Shown one piece after another: positions 44,236-52,229 of a DNA stretch of 62,826 bases (the stretch's first letter is position 1; every line of letters starts with the position of its first letter). The position numbers were made by a program, and so were the translations under genes. The stretch comes from Candidatus Limnocylindria bacterium (GTDB lineage: Bacteria; Chloroflexota; Limnocylindria; QHBO01): positions 1 to 62,826 of the forward strand of contig DASSNX010000112.1 in the NCBI GenBank assembly GCA_035701185.1, written 5' to 3'. The notes beneath the pieces were generated by a model. The model was not told the DNA's origin. It saw nothing but the letters and a program-made list of their open reading frames with translations, and did no database searches.

Positions 44236-45221
44236 TGCAGGACGAAGGTCCGGATCCCGGTCTCCTCGTCGGTGGTGTCGCTGAAGATGCAGGGCATCGC
44301 GCCGTCCGTCTCCCCGCAGGTCTGGTCGATGATCTCGTAGTCGACGCCTTCGACGGCGCCATCGGGGTTCGGGTCATCGGTCAGCCAGTGGATGAAGTGA
44401 CCCTGGGCACCCTCGGGCACGCTGGTGTAGGCCAGCGTCACGAAGAAGCCGCCCTCGACCGGATTCCCCTGCTTGACGTGCATGATCACGAAGTCGCCGA
44501 AGCAGGCGGGGGGCTCGGGCGGTTCCGTGTACTCCCAGGTTTCCTCCTCGACCGGCGGCGGAAGGCAGATGTCCGTGGGCTCCTCGGTGACCGTGGCGGC
44601 GAAGTTGTCTTCCTCGCTATCGCCGAAGTCGAGCTTCGCGCTCTGCGGGTTTGTTTCGCTGTCCAGGTCTGGGTTGTTCTGCACGACCCTGAACGACCCG
44701 AGGATGTAGCTCCCGGCGGTGTTCGACGTCGCCGAGGTGAGCGACACGCTGCCAGGCACGTTCATGGTGGCGCCGCGAATGCTGCCGTGCTTCCCGTCCG
44801 CCGTCGTGCTGAACGCGAACGTCACGCTCATCGTGTTGGCCGTCCCCGCCGGCGTCCCGTAGAACACCGCCAACGTCACGGTCTGTCGCGGTCCGAGGCC
44901 GTTGAAGTTGCAGCTCAGGTTGCCGCCGGAGGTCGTGCAGGTTCCCTTGGAGGTGGTGGCCGAGACCAGCGACGCACCCGTTGGCGTGGTGGCCTTCATG
45001 TAGAACTTGGGCAGGTTGGAGTCGGTGTTGTTCTTCCACGAGACGTCGAAGCGCACCAGGCCGGCGTGGCTCACGGCGCCCGGCGAAGCCACCGCGCTGG
45101 CGATGCTTGCCGGTGGTTTGGCGAGCGCCGTCCCGCCCGTGAGCGTGGACAGAAGGCTCACGACGACGAGGGCGGACAGCGTTCGGTGGATGGGCAGAGA
45201 TTTGGGCAACGGGGATCTCAT
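44202..45221 (-). CDS. secreted protein of unknown function, paralog A (DUF11-like N-terminal domain)
   Basis: Trimmed to the ATG at 45221. The signal peptide is MRSPLPKSLPIHRTLSALVVVSLLSTLTGGTALA|K. Shares ordered motifs and the C-terminal NGPMRGI with the adjacent gene. Confidence 0.7.
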   Translation of the reverse strand: MRSPLPKSLPIHRTLSALVVVSLLSTLTGGTALAKPPASIASAVASPGAVSHAGLVRFDVSWKNNTDSNLPKFYMKATTPTGASLVSATTSKGTCTTSGGNLSCNFNGLGPRQTVTLAVFYGTPAGTANTMSVTFAFSTTADGKHGSIRGATMNVPGSVSLTSATSNTAGSYILGSFRVVQNNPDLDSETNPQSAKLDFGDSEEDNFAATVTEEPTDICLPPPVEEETWEYTEPPEPPACFGDFVIMHVKQGNPVEGGFFVTLAYTSVPEGAQGHFIHWLTDDPNPDGAVEGVDYEIIDQTCGETDGAMPCIFSDTTDEETGIRTFVLHIDENGPMRGI

Positions 45222-45353
45222 GACGCTCCTTGCCTCCGTGCCTCGGGACCGTATCTCGTACGGCTTTGGGCAGCAGGTCCCGGGTGACTCGATTCTAGCC
45301 ATGGCGGCTGCAGGCCAGGACGAAGGTCCTACCAAGCCGTTGCCCGCGCGCAC

Positions 45354-45450
45354 AACGGAAGAGGCGCGGGTCCCTTGGCGGGATCCGCGCCTCTCACTGA
45401 GCTCGCGAGGTTGGGCGGGGGCTAGATCCCGCGCATCGGCCCGTTGCCGT
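45354..45450. repeat. copy 2 of the duplicated ~100-nt block
   Basis: See copy 1. Here the sequence that encodes ...TEEARVP* of the cyclase in copy 1 is intergenic. Confidence 0.8.
45361..45393 (-). terminator. intrinsic terminator of secreted paralog B
   Basis: GAGGCGCGGGTCCC-TTGGC-GGGATCCGCGCCTC forms a 14-bp stem with one non-Watson-Crick pair. On the minus strand it is followed by UUCCGUUGUG. Confidence 0.55.
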
Positions 45451-46471
45451 CCAGGATCAGGGTGAAGAAGTAGTCCCCGCCGGACGAACTGATGCTCTCG
45501 ATGCAGTTCGTGCCGGTTGACGAAGACGCCGAGCACGGCTGACTGCTGAACGACGGGATGACCACGTAGTCGACGCCGGCCACCTGGCCTTCGCCATAGA
45601 CGCCGTCATGGTCCGGATCGAGCAGGTGGACGAACCGGACGTTGCCCTGCGACCCGGAAATCTTGTCGTAGCCATAGGTCACGCGGAAGCTGCCGCCAGG
45701 GACAGCGCCGCCATTGTTGGCCGAGATCAGGTTCCAGTCACCGAAGCAGCTCGAGCTGACGGCCGTGGGGCAGGCATAGAGCGTGCTGCTCCCTGCCGCC
45801 TCGTCGACGGTTGCCGGGAAGCCGGCAGAGCCGCCACTGCTGAAGATCAGCTTGGAGCTCTGGGGATTCTTCTTGCTAAGGTTCTGGTCGTTCTGGGCGG
45901 TCAGGTCGTCACCGAAGACGTAGGTGCCACCATCCTTGCCGGTGCCGATGGCCACGGTGCCCGGGATGTTGACCGTGTCGCCGTGGCTGTTCCCCGGGTC
46001 GCTCCCGCTGACACCGTTGGAGCTCGCGGCGAACGTCACCGTCCACGTACCAGTCGCGTTGGATGCGACGCGGTAGAGGACGCTGAAGCTCGCCGTCGAC
46101 CCGCTGCCATTCAGCGGCCCGAACGAGCAGTGCAGGTCACCGGTTGAGGTGATCATGCACGCCTTCGGGGCAGTGGTGGATGGCGTAACGGTCGCGTCGA
46201 CCAAGATGGCGACCAGCTGGCCACCCGTGGCCTTGTCAGGCGTCGTCGCATCCACGAAGAAGCTCGAATAGTTCGAGTTCGAGTTGTTCGTGATGGTGTA
46301 GTCAAACCGGACCAGCGCGCCGGCGGAAACAATTCCTGGAACGGCGGTCGCGGTGCCCTTCAGGTTGATGTTTGGGTTCTTGGCCAATGCCATCCCGCTC
46401 GAGATGGTCACCAGCAGCATGGCGGCCACGAGGACACGCAGGGCACGAGTGAGGAGAACGCGTGAAGTCAT
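45422..46471 (-). CDS. secreted protein of unknown function, paralog B (DUF11-like N-terminal domain)
   Basis: The signal peptide is MTSRVLLTRALRVLVAAMLLVTISSGMALA|K. Ser/Thr/Gly/Asn-rich and visibly lower in GC. The C-terminus is DGNGPMRGI. Confidence 0.7.
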   Translation of the reverse strand: MTSRVLLTRALRVLVAAMLLVTISSGMALAKNPNINLKGTATAVPGIVSAGALVRFDYTITNNSNSNYSSFFVDATTPDKATGGQLVAILVDATVTPSTTAPKACMITSTGDLHCSFGPLNGSGSTASFSVLYRVASNATGTWTVTFAASSNGVSGSDPGNSHGDTVNIPGTVAIGTGKDGGTYVFGDDLTAQNDQNLSKKNPQSSKLIFSSGGSAGFPATVDEAAGSSTLYACPTAVSSSCFGDWNLISANNGGAVPGGSFRVTYGYDKISGSQGNVRFVHLLDPDHDGVYGEGQVAGVDYVVIPSFSSQPCSASSSTGTNCIESISSSGGDYFFTLILDGNGPMRGI

Positions 46472-46749
46472 CTGAACGGTTGCCTCGCTAAGCTCGGTGC
46501 CGAGACCAGGGTGGGACTCCTGCCCGGGAGGCGCAGTCTATGCGCAACTGCGGCTGCGGGCTAGCCCATCTGTCCTATTCCTGTCCCCACCTGACCACAC
46601 TGCACCACTTCAATTCGACACGTGCAACGGTATCCGTCAGGTAGTGGTGCCTACAGTCAACCAGCCGACCGGCGTTCGGGAACGCGACGGACAGAGGATC
46701 CGCCGCCTACGCGACAGCTTCGCTGTCACGGCTGGCATCATCTGCGCCG

Positions 46750-48105
46750 ATGACGACGCTCGATCGCAACCGTTTGGCCGCCCTGATGGCCGATGAGCAG
46801 CAACGATTCGCCGACGCCCATCCGCGGTCGGCAGAACTCTTCGACCGCGCGCAGCGCTCGCTGCTCTGGGGCGTGCCGATGAACTGGATGACCAAGTGGC
46901 CGGGCGCCTTTCCCCCGTTCGTGGCCGAGGCCAGCGGCGGCCACTTCAGCTGCGTCGATGAGCACGACTACGTCGACTTCTGCCTCGGCGACACCGGCGC
47001 GATGACCGGGCATGCACCGCCCGCGACAGTTGACGCCATCGCTGCCCAGGCGCGACGCGGCCTGACCCTGATGCTGCCCACCGAGGACGCGGCCTACGTG
47101 GGTGAGGAGCTGGCCCGACGCTTCGGCCTGCCATCGTGGCAGTTCGCCCTGACCGCCACCGACGCCAATCGGTTCAGCCTGCGCCTGGCGCGCGAGCTGA
47201 CCGGCCGGCCGAAGGTGCTCATCTTCAACTACTGCTATCACGGCACGGTCGACGAGTCGTTCGTCACGCTGCGCGACGGTCGGGAGGTCGCCCGCACTGG
47301 GAATCTTGGCCCGCCAGTGGACCCGGCCGTCACCACGCGCGTGGTCGAGTGGAACGACATCGACGCGCTCGCCGCGGCGCTCGAGGATCGCGAGGTGGCG
47401 GCCGTCCTGGCCGAACCGGTGATGACGAACATCGGCATCGTCCACCCCGAGCCCGGCTACCACGACGCGCTGCGTCGCCTGACGCGCGAGACCGGGACGC
47501 TCCTGATCATCGACGAGACGCACACCATCTGCGCCGGACCCGGTGGCTACACCGCGGCCAACGGCCTCCAGCCGGACATGCTGGTCATCGGCAAGCCGAT
47601 CGCCGGCGGCCTGCCGGCGGCAGCCTATGGCTTCACGGCCGAGGTTGCCGCCGCCATCCCGCAGCACATCGAGCTCGAGCATGCCGATCTGGGCGGCATC
47701 GGCGGCACCCTGGCGGGCAACGCCCTGTCCCTGGCCGCCATGCGAGCCACCCTGTCCTCGGTCCTGACCGACGACGCCTACGCCCGCAGCATTCCGCTGG
47801 CCGAGCGCTGGGCCGATGGCGTGGCCACGGCCATCGCGAAGCACGGCCTGCCCTGGCACGTCACCCGCCTCGGCTGTCGCGCGGAATACCTGTTCGGGCC
47901 TGATGCGCCCCGCAACGGCTCACAGGCCGCCGCCATGGACGACTTCGAGCTGCAGCGCTTCACCCATCTTTGGGCCTTGAACCGCGGTGTGCTGCTGACC
48001 CCGTTCCACAACATGGCGCTCGTTGCGCCCCAGGCGACCGAGGCGGACGTCGAGCGCCACACCGTCCTCTTCGACGCGATGGCCGCTGCGCTGACCGCCG
48101 CGTGA
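46750..48105 (+). CDS. class III (GSA-aminomutase-like) PLP-dependent aminotransferase
   Basis: 451 aa. FNYCYHGTVDE, LIIDETHT, VIGKPIAGGLP (PLP-Lys context). Confidence 0.85.
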   Translation: MTTLDRNRLAALMADEQQRFADAHPRSAELFDRAQRSLLWGVPMNWMTKWPGAFPPFVAEASGGHFSCVDEHDYVDFCLGDTGAMTGHAPPATVDAIAAQARRGLTLMLPTEDAAYVGEELARRFGLPSWQFALTATDANRFSLRLARELTGRPKVLIFNYCYHGTVDESFVTLRDGREVARTGNLGPPVDPAVTTRVVEWNDIDALAAALEDREVAAVLAEPVMTNIGIVHPEPGYHDALRRLTRETGTLLIIDETHTICAGPGGYTAANGLQPDMLVIGKPIAGGLPAAAYGFTAEVAAAIPQHIELEHADLGGIGGTLAGNALSLAAMRATLSSVLTDDAYARSIPLAERWADGVATAIAKHGLPWHVTRLGCRAEYLFGPDAPRNGSQAAAMDDFELQRFTHLWALNRGVLLTPFHNMALVAPQATEADVERHTVLFDAMAAALTAA

Positions 48106-48617
48106 TCCTGAGCAAGGTCCGCGACCCCAGGCTCATCACCATCCGGCGCGGAGGCACGCTGACCGATGCTGATCACCACCACCTCGCGACCTGGGCAGCG
48201 GACTGTGCGGAGCACGTGCTCCCACTCTTCGAGCGGGAACGGCCGATGGACGACCGTCCGCGTCGCGCGATCGAGCTGGCCCGGGCGTGGGCACGCGGCG
48301 AGGTGACCATGACGGAGTCCCGCACGGCGGCCGGCCACGCCAACGGCGCCGCTCGCGACCTTCGGGGCGCCGCACGCCATGCGGCGTACGCCGCGGCCCA
48401 GGCTGCGGCGGTTGCCCACGTGGCAGCCCACGAGCTTGGCGCCGCCGCCTACGCGATCAGGGCGGCCCAAGCGGCCGCGCCGGCGGCGGACGCCGAGAAG
48501 GCGCAACGCGAGGAGTGCAGCTGGCAGCGCGATCGGCTGCCGGAGGCCGTCCGCGAACTGGTGCTCGACGACCAGCGGCTCCGCAACGAGCTCTGCTGGT
48601 ACGTCTTCGACTGCTGA
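48102..48617 (+). CDS. Imm-5-like putative immunity-family protein (unknown function)
   Basis: The GTG at 48102 overlaps the aminotransferase stop (GTGA). LATWAADCAEHVLPLFE....RPRRAIELARAWARGE and Ala-rich helical repeats. The family name is recalled, not verified. Confidence 0.5.
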   Translation: MILSKVRDPRLITIRRGGTLTDADHHHLATWAADCAEHVLPLFERERPMDDRPRRAIELARAWARGEVTMTESRTAAGHANGAARDLRGAARHAAYAAAQAAAVAHVAAHELGAAAYAIRAAQAAAPAADAEKAQREECSWQRDRLPEAVRELVLDDQRLRNELCWYVFDC

Positions 48618-48642
48618 GCTACGCCCGGTAAGCGGACGGTAA

Positions 48643-48927
48643 GTGGGGAGTCATCGGCCCCGAGACACCATCGGCACATTGGCTGGACGCAGGAGATCGA
48701 GTGGCGATGCCGAAGCGCATGGGCGCGAGCTGGCCCGGAAGCTGGGCACCGAGATCCGCCAGGCCCGTCTGGCCGCGGGGCTCAGCCAGCGTGCAGTGGC
48801 ACGGGCGGCGCAGGTCACCCAGCCCCGAGTCAGTCATCTCGAGCGTGGTGTCGCACAAGCTCGCGCTCTTGCTGAGCTTTCTCGGGTTGCCCGAGCCGTC
48901 GGACTGAAGCTCGTCCTGACTTGCTAG
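48643..48927 (+). CDS. short XRE-type helix-turn-helix protein (possibly a truncated remnant)
   Basis: IRQARLAAGLSQRAVARAAQVTQPRVSHLERG is an HTH. The protein ends shortly after the HTH. The start is uncertain (GTG 48643 or an internal TTG). Confidence 0.45.
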   Translation: MGSHRPRDTIGTLAGRRRSSGDAEAHGRELARKLGTEIRQARLAAGLSQRAVARAAQVTQPRVSHLERGVAQARALAELSRVARAVGLKLVLTC

Positions 48928-48967
48928 CGAAGTTCCCTCGACTTTTCATGCTTGTGGCGGCATGAGC

Positions 48968-49004
48968 GTCGAAGGAGCATCCCCCACGGGAGAGCTCCTT
49001 CGAC
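48968..49004. terminator. hairpin between convergent HTH and CADD-like genes
   Basis: GTCGAAGGAGC (48968-48978) pairs with GCTCCTTCGAC (48994-49004). An inner TCCC/GGGA extension is present. CTTTGATAT follows on the plus strand. Confidence 0.45.
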
Positions 49005-49038
49005 CTTTGATATGCCACCGGCATCAACCGGCAGAACG

Positions 49039-49707
49039 CTACGCGTCGACGGCGGACAGAAAGCCCCACCACGCGTCGAGGGCGGCACTGGTGGCGGCCA
49101 CGGCAGCCTCCTCATCGGCCTCGGAGGTGGCCAGGGAAGCAATCATCTCCCGCTCGGCGCCCGAGTGCTCGAGGTCGAGGGTGGAGTGGACCGTGAAGAA
49201 GGAGAGTGTCCGGGCGTCGTCGACCGCGTAGTGATCACGCAGCCCATTGATCTTCTCGGTGGCCACTTCCGGAACCTGGCCCTCGTAGGCATACAGGGCA
49301 GCAACGCCGGCGGCCAGCGGAGCCTCGGTGACGGCCGACCAGTAGGTGGTCAGCAGCTGCTCGGTCCCGTCATTGCGCTCCGCCTGGCGGACCTCGGCGC
49401 GATCAACGCCGATCCCCTCACCGAAGCGCAGCCACAGCTCGGCGTGGTTCACCTCGCCGTGCTCCTCGTCCCAGAGATTGTCGAGGATCGACTGGCGGAC
49501 GGCGGCGTCATCGGTCCGCGAATGCAGCGCGGAGAGCAGCCGTGGGAAGGTCGACTCGAAGGCGTAGTACTGGCGGGCGTATTCCTGCAGCGCCTCTCGG
49601 CTGAGCGTCCCCTCGCGCCACTTCGTGTAGAACGGGTGCTTGAGCAGGTGGCGCTCGGCGATCAGCGCATCGATGCGCTCGAGCAGCGTGCCTTCGCGGA
49701 TGGTCAT
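49039..49707 (-). CDS. CADD-like heme-oxygenase-fold di-iron protein (TenA/PqqC superfamily)
   Basis: Trimmed to the ATG at 49707. HPFYTKWREGTLSREALQEYARQYY, LSALHSRTDD, LDNLWDEEHG..NHAELW and AAGVAALYAYEGQVPE closely track the Chlamydia CADD (CT610) sequence as I remember it. Confidence 0.75.
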   Translation of the reverse strand: MTIREGTLLERIDALIAERHLLKHPFYTKWREGTLSREALQEYARQYYAFESTFPRLLSALHSRTDDAAVRQSILDNLWDEEHGEVNHAELWLRFGEGIGVDRAEVRQAERNDGTEQLLTTYWSAVTEAPLAAGVAALYAYEGQVPEVATEKINGLRDHYAVDDARTLSFFTVHSTLDLEHSGAEREMIASLATSEADEEAAVAATSAALDAWWGFLSAVDA

Positions 49708-49847
49708 CGGATCATCGGCCTCCACGGCGTGGGCGGTTCGCGGTCGGAACCGGTGTGCGCGAAGGATAGCCCGATGCCTGCTCGCCCGCCGAGCGAGACG
49801 CGTCCCCACCGCAGTCCGGCCGCAGGCAGGCGGAGCACCATGTCCGC

Positions 49848-50534
49848 ATGCGCCTGCACCACCATGGGCTGCCCAGCGGATCGGGGTTGTTGCTCATCCA
49901 CGGGTTGTCGAGCTCGCACCGAGTGTGGCGGCACAACCTCGCGGCACTGGGAGAGCGGCATCGGCTGCTGATCGTCGAGCTCTTCGCGCGCGGCGGCGGT
50001 GCCCGCTTCCGGCTCAGCGACCAGGCCGAGCGGCTGGCGGAATCGCTGGAGGATGAGCCTGAGCCAGTGGCGGTGATGGGCCACTCGCTCGGCGGACTGG
50101 TGGCCATGGAGCTCGCCGCGCGGCGTCCCGATCTGGTGGAGCGCCTCGTGCTCGTGGACGTGCCGGCCCTGCCGCCGGCCGATCCCCTGCCAGCGCGTCT
50201 GCGCGGTCTCGCCCGACCAGCCACCGTCAGCGATGCGCGGTCGGTAGGGGTCGTGGCCCGCACGATCCTGGAGGCGAACCCGCTGCAGCTGCTGGCCGCA
50301 ACCGCAGCCTCAGTGCGCAGCAACCTGGCGTCGGCCGCGACGGCGATCCCTGTTTCCACCCTGGTCGTGTGGGGCTCCGACGACGCGATCGTGCCCGTTG
50401 AGATCGCCCGCCGGCTGGTGCAGCTGATCCCCGACGCGCGGCTCGAGCTGGTGAAGGGTGCTGGTCACCAGCCCCAATGGGAAGCGCCCGATGCCTTTCA
50501 CGCGGCGGTCTTGCCCTTCTTGGCCGAGAGCTAG
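49848..50534 (+). CDS. alpha/beta hydrolase
   Basis: LLLIHGLSSS, MGHSLGGLVAMELA, VWGSDDAIVP, GAGHQPQWE. Confidence 0.8.
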   Translation: MRLHHHGLPSGSGLLLIHGLSSSHRVWRHNLAALGERHRLLIVELFARGGGARFRLSDQAERLAESLEDEPEPVAVMGHSLGGLVAMELAARRPDLVERLVLVDVPALPPADPLPARLRGLARPATVSDARSVGVVARTILEANPLQLLAATAASVRSNLASAATAIPVSTLVVWGSDDAIVPVEIARRLVQLIPDARLELVKGAGHQPQWEAPDAFHAAVLPFLAES

Positions 50535-52168
50535 CTCGCGACCGCGGTTCGCTCGGTGATGACGGCGTTCGCCGCCGCCAGGCTCTGACGATCGCCGGTC
50601 ACCGCGCACAGGAACGCCTCGCGGCTGATGACGAAGGCGCTTCCGTCCGATTCCGCGGTGATCGAGGCTGTCCGGGGGACATCCCGGAGCAGCGCGATCT
50701 CGCCGAACCAGTCGCCCGGCGCGAACTCTCGAACTGGCCGGCCGTCCACTGATACCCGGGCGGCGCCGTCGGCAAGGATGTAGAAGCTGTCGCCGGTCGC
50801 GCCTTGCACAATTAGCAGCGAACCAGCAGCGAACCGCTCCTCCACCGCGGCATCGGCGACCTGCTCCAGGACGGTCAGCGGGAGGAGCCTGAACATCGGC
50901 ACCCGCCGCAGCAGCTCGAGCTCTCGAGCCGGGATCACGGCGCGGCTATCGGCACGACGAACGCCCGGCCAGGACACAATGGCGACCGCGGGCAGCAGCA
51001 GTCCGGTTGCGACCAGCGCACCTCCCACGCCGAACGCGGCAACGAGCAGCGGAGCCAGCGCCGAGCCGGCGCCGAGGCCAAGCATCACGAGCGCCTCGAG
51101 CACCCCGAAGACCTGGCCGCGGACAGCGTTTGGCACCGTGCGCTGCAGCAGGCTGAAGCCCGAAACGTCGAGGACCGCATTGCCGGCACCCAGCACGACC
51201 AGGACGGCGACCGCAACCGCGGCGACCGGGACGAGGCCGATGACCAGGATGGGCGTGCCCCACAGGACGAGGCCGAGCGCCATGAACGGGGCGAGGCGTG
51301 GACGCGTGACCAGCGTCATCGCCGCCAGCGCGCCGATGAGCCCGCCGGCCCCGATGGCAGCGTTCAGGAGGCCCACGCCCTGTTCGGCGAGGCCGAGCAG
51401 CTGGACCGATGCCGCGACAAGCAGCACGTTGAGGATGCCGCGCACCAGGATCTGCGCGCCGAACATGGCCAGGATCAAGGCCGCGTGGCGCTGCTGGCCG
51501 AGAGCCGCCAGACCGCCCAGCAGCCGCGACCAGCCGTTGCGCCCGGCGATCGTCGTGCGCAGCCGCTGGGCCGGCCGGATCGCGACCACGGCGCCGGCGG
51601 CGGCGACGAAGATGCCGGCTGGGATGCCGAAGGTGACTGCCGGCGAGGCCACGGCGACGAGCGCGCCACCGACGGCCGGGCCGATCAGGGTCCCGATGCC
51701 CTCCATCGTCGCGCTGGCAGCGTTGCTCGCCACGAGTTCCTCGGGCGAGCGTGCCAGCGATGGCAGCAGCGCCATATAGGTCGGCCGGTGCATCACCGCC
51801 AGCAGCCCATCCACCGGAGCCAGCACGAACACGACCCACGCTGGCAGGCCGCCCGCCACGGCCGCCGCGGCCAGGCCCACGAGGGCGGCCCGACCGGCGT
51901 AGATCCCCAGCAGCACGCGGTGTCGCGGAAGCCGATCGGTCAGCGTCGACATCACGGGCGCCAGGACCGCCGCGGGAATCGTGCGGACCACGCCGATCAG
52001 CCCGACGCTCGCAACGCCACCCACGCCGAAGGCGTAGACGAAGAGCGCGACCAGCCACGCCCAGTCAGCGGCGTAGCCCAGCATCCAGGCCAGCTGGGCG
52101 CGCCGAATATCCGGATTGGCAACCACCTCGCGCAGGGCGCGGAGGGCGGAGGAGAGGCTGCGGAGCAT
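50531..52168 (-). CDS. MFS transporter fused to a C-terminal cyclic nucleotide-binding domain
   Basis: About 12 TM helices in the first ~410 aa. The C-terminal ~125 aa (about 50546-50926) read LRRVPMFRLLP....GDSFYIL..G......FGEIALLRDVPRTASITA, a canonical cNMP phosphate-binding cassette. Confidence 0.85.
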   Translation of the reverse strand: MLRSLSSALRALREVVANPDIRRAQLAWMLGYAADWAWLVALFVYAFGVGGVASVGLIGVVRTIPAAVLAPVMSTLTDRLPRHRVLLGIYAGRAALVGLAAAAVAGGLPAWVVFVLAPVDGLLAVMHRPTYMALLPSLARSPEELVASNAASATMEGIGTLIGPAVGGALVAVASPAVTFGIPAGIFVAAAGAVVAIRPAQRLRTTIAGRNGWSRLLGGLAALGQQRHAALILAMFGAQILVRGILNVLLVAASVQLLGLAEQGVGLLNAAIGAGGLIGALAAMTLVTRPRLAPFMALGLVLWGTPILVIGLVPVAAVAVAVLVVLGAGNAVLDVSGFSLLQRTVPNAVRGQVFGVLEALVMLGLGAGSALAPLLVAAFGVGGALVATGLLLPAVAIVSWPGVRRADSRAVIPARELELLRRVPMFRLLPLTVLEQVADAAVEERFAAGSLLIVQGATGDSFYILADGAARVSVDGRPVREFAPGDWFGEIALLRDVPRTASITAESDGSAFVISREAFLCAVTGDRQSLAAANAVITERTAVAS

Positions 52169-52229
52169 CTTCGACCGATCGTACGACCGCCGGGCAGCGT
52201 CGGTACATGGCCATCCCTACACTGGCTGC

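Noticed and set aside
44202-46471. The conserved C-terminal NGPMRGI, considered as a cell-wall or membrane sorting signal (LPXTG, PEP-CTERM, GlyGly-CTERM).
   Set aside because: The motif is the very last sequence of both proteins. No hydrophobic helix or basic tail follows it, so it does not fit any known C-terminal sorting-signal architecture.
40279-52168. The cyclase gene plus the cNMP-binding membrane protein, considered as a Pycsar/CBASS-like anti-phage operon.
   Set aside because: The two genes are 6 kb apart and in opposite orientation, with unrelated genes between them. The cyclase is a class III CHD type fused to STAND/TPR, as in actinobacterial-style signalling proteins. The cNMP protein is a full MFS transporter rather than a minimal TM effector. 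The idea is retained only as a low-probability possibility in the findings.
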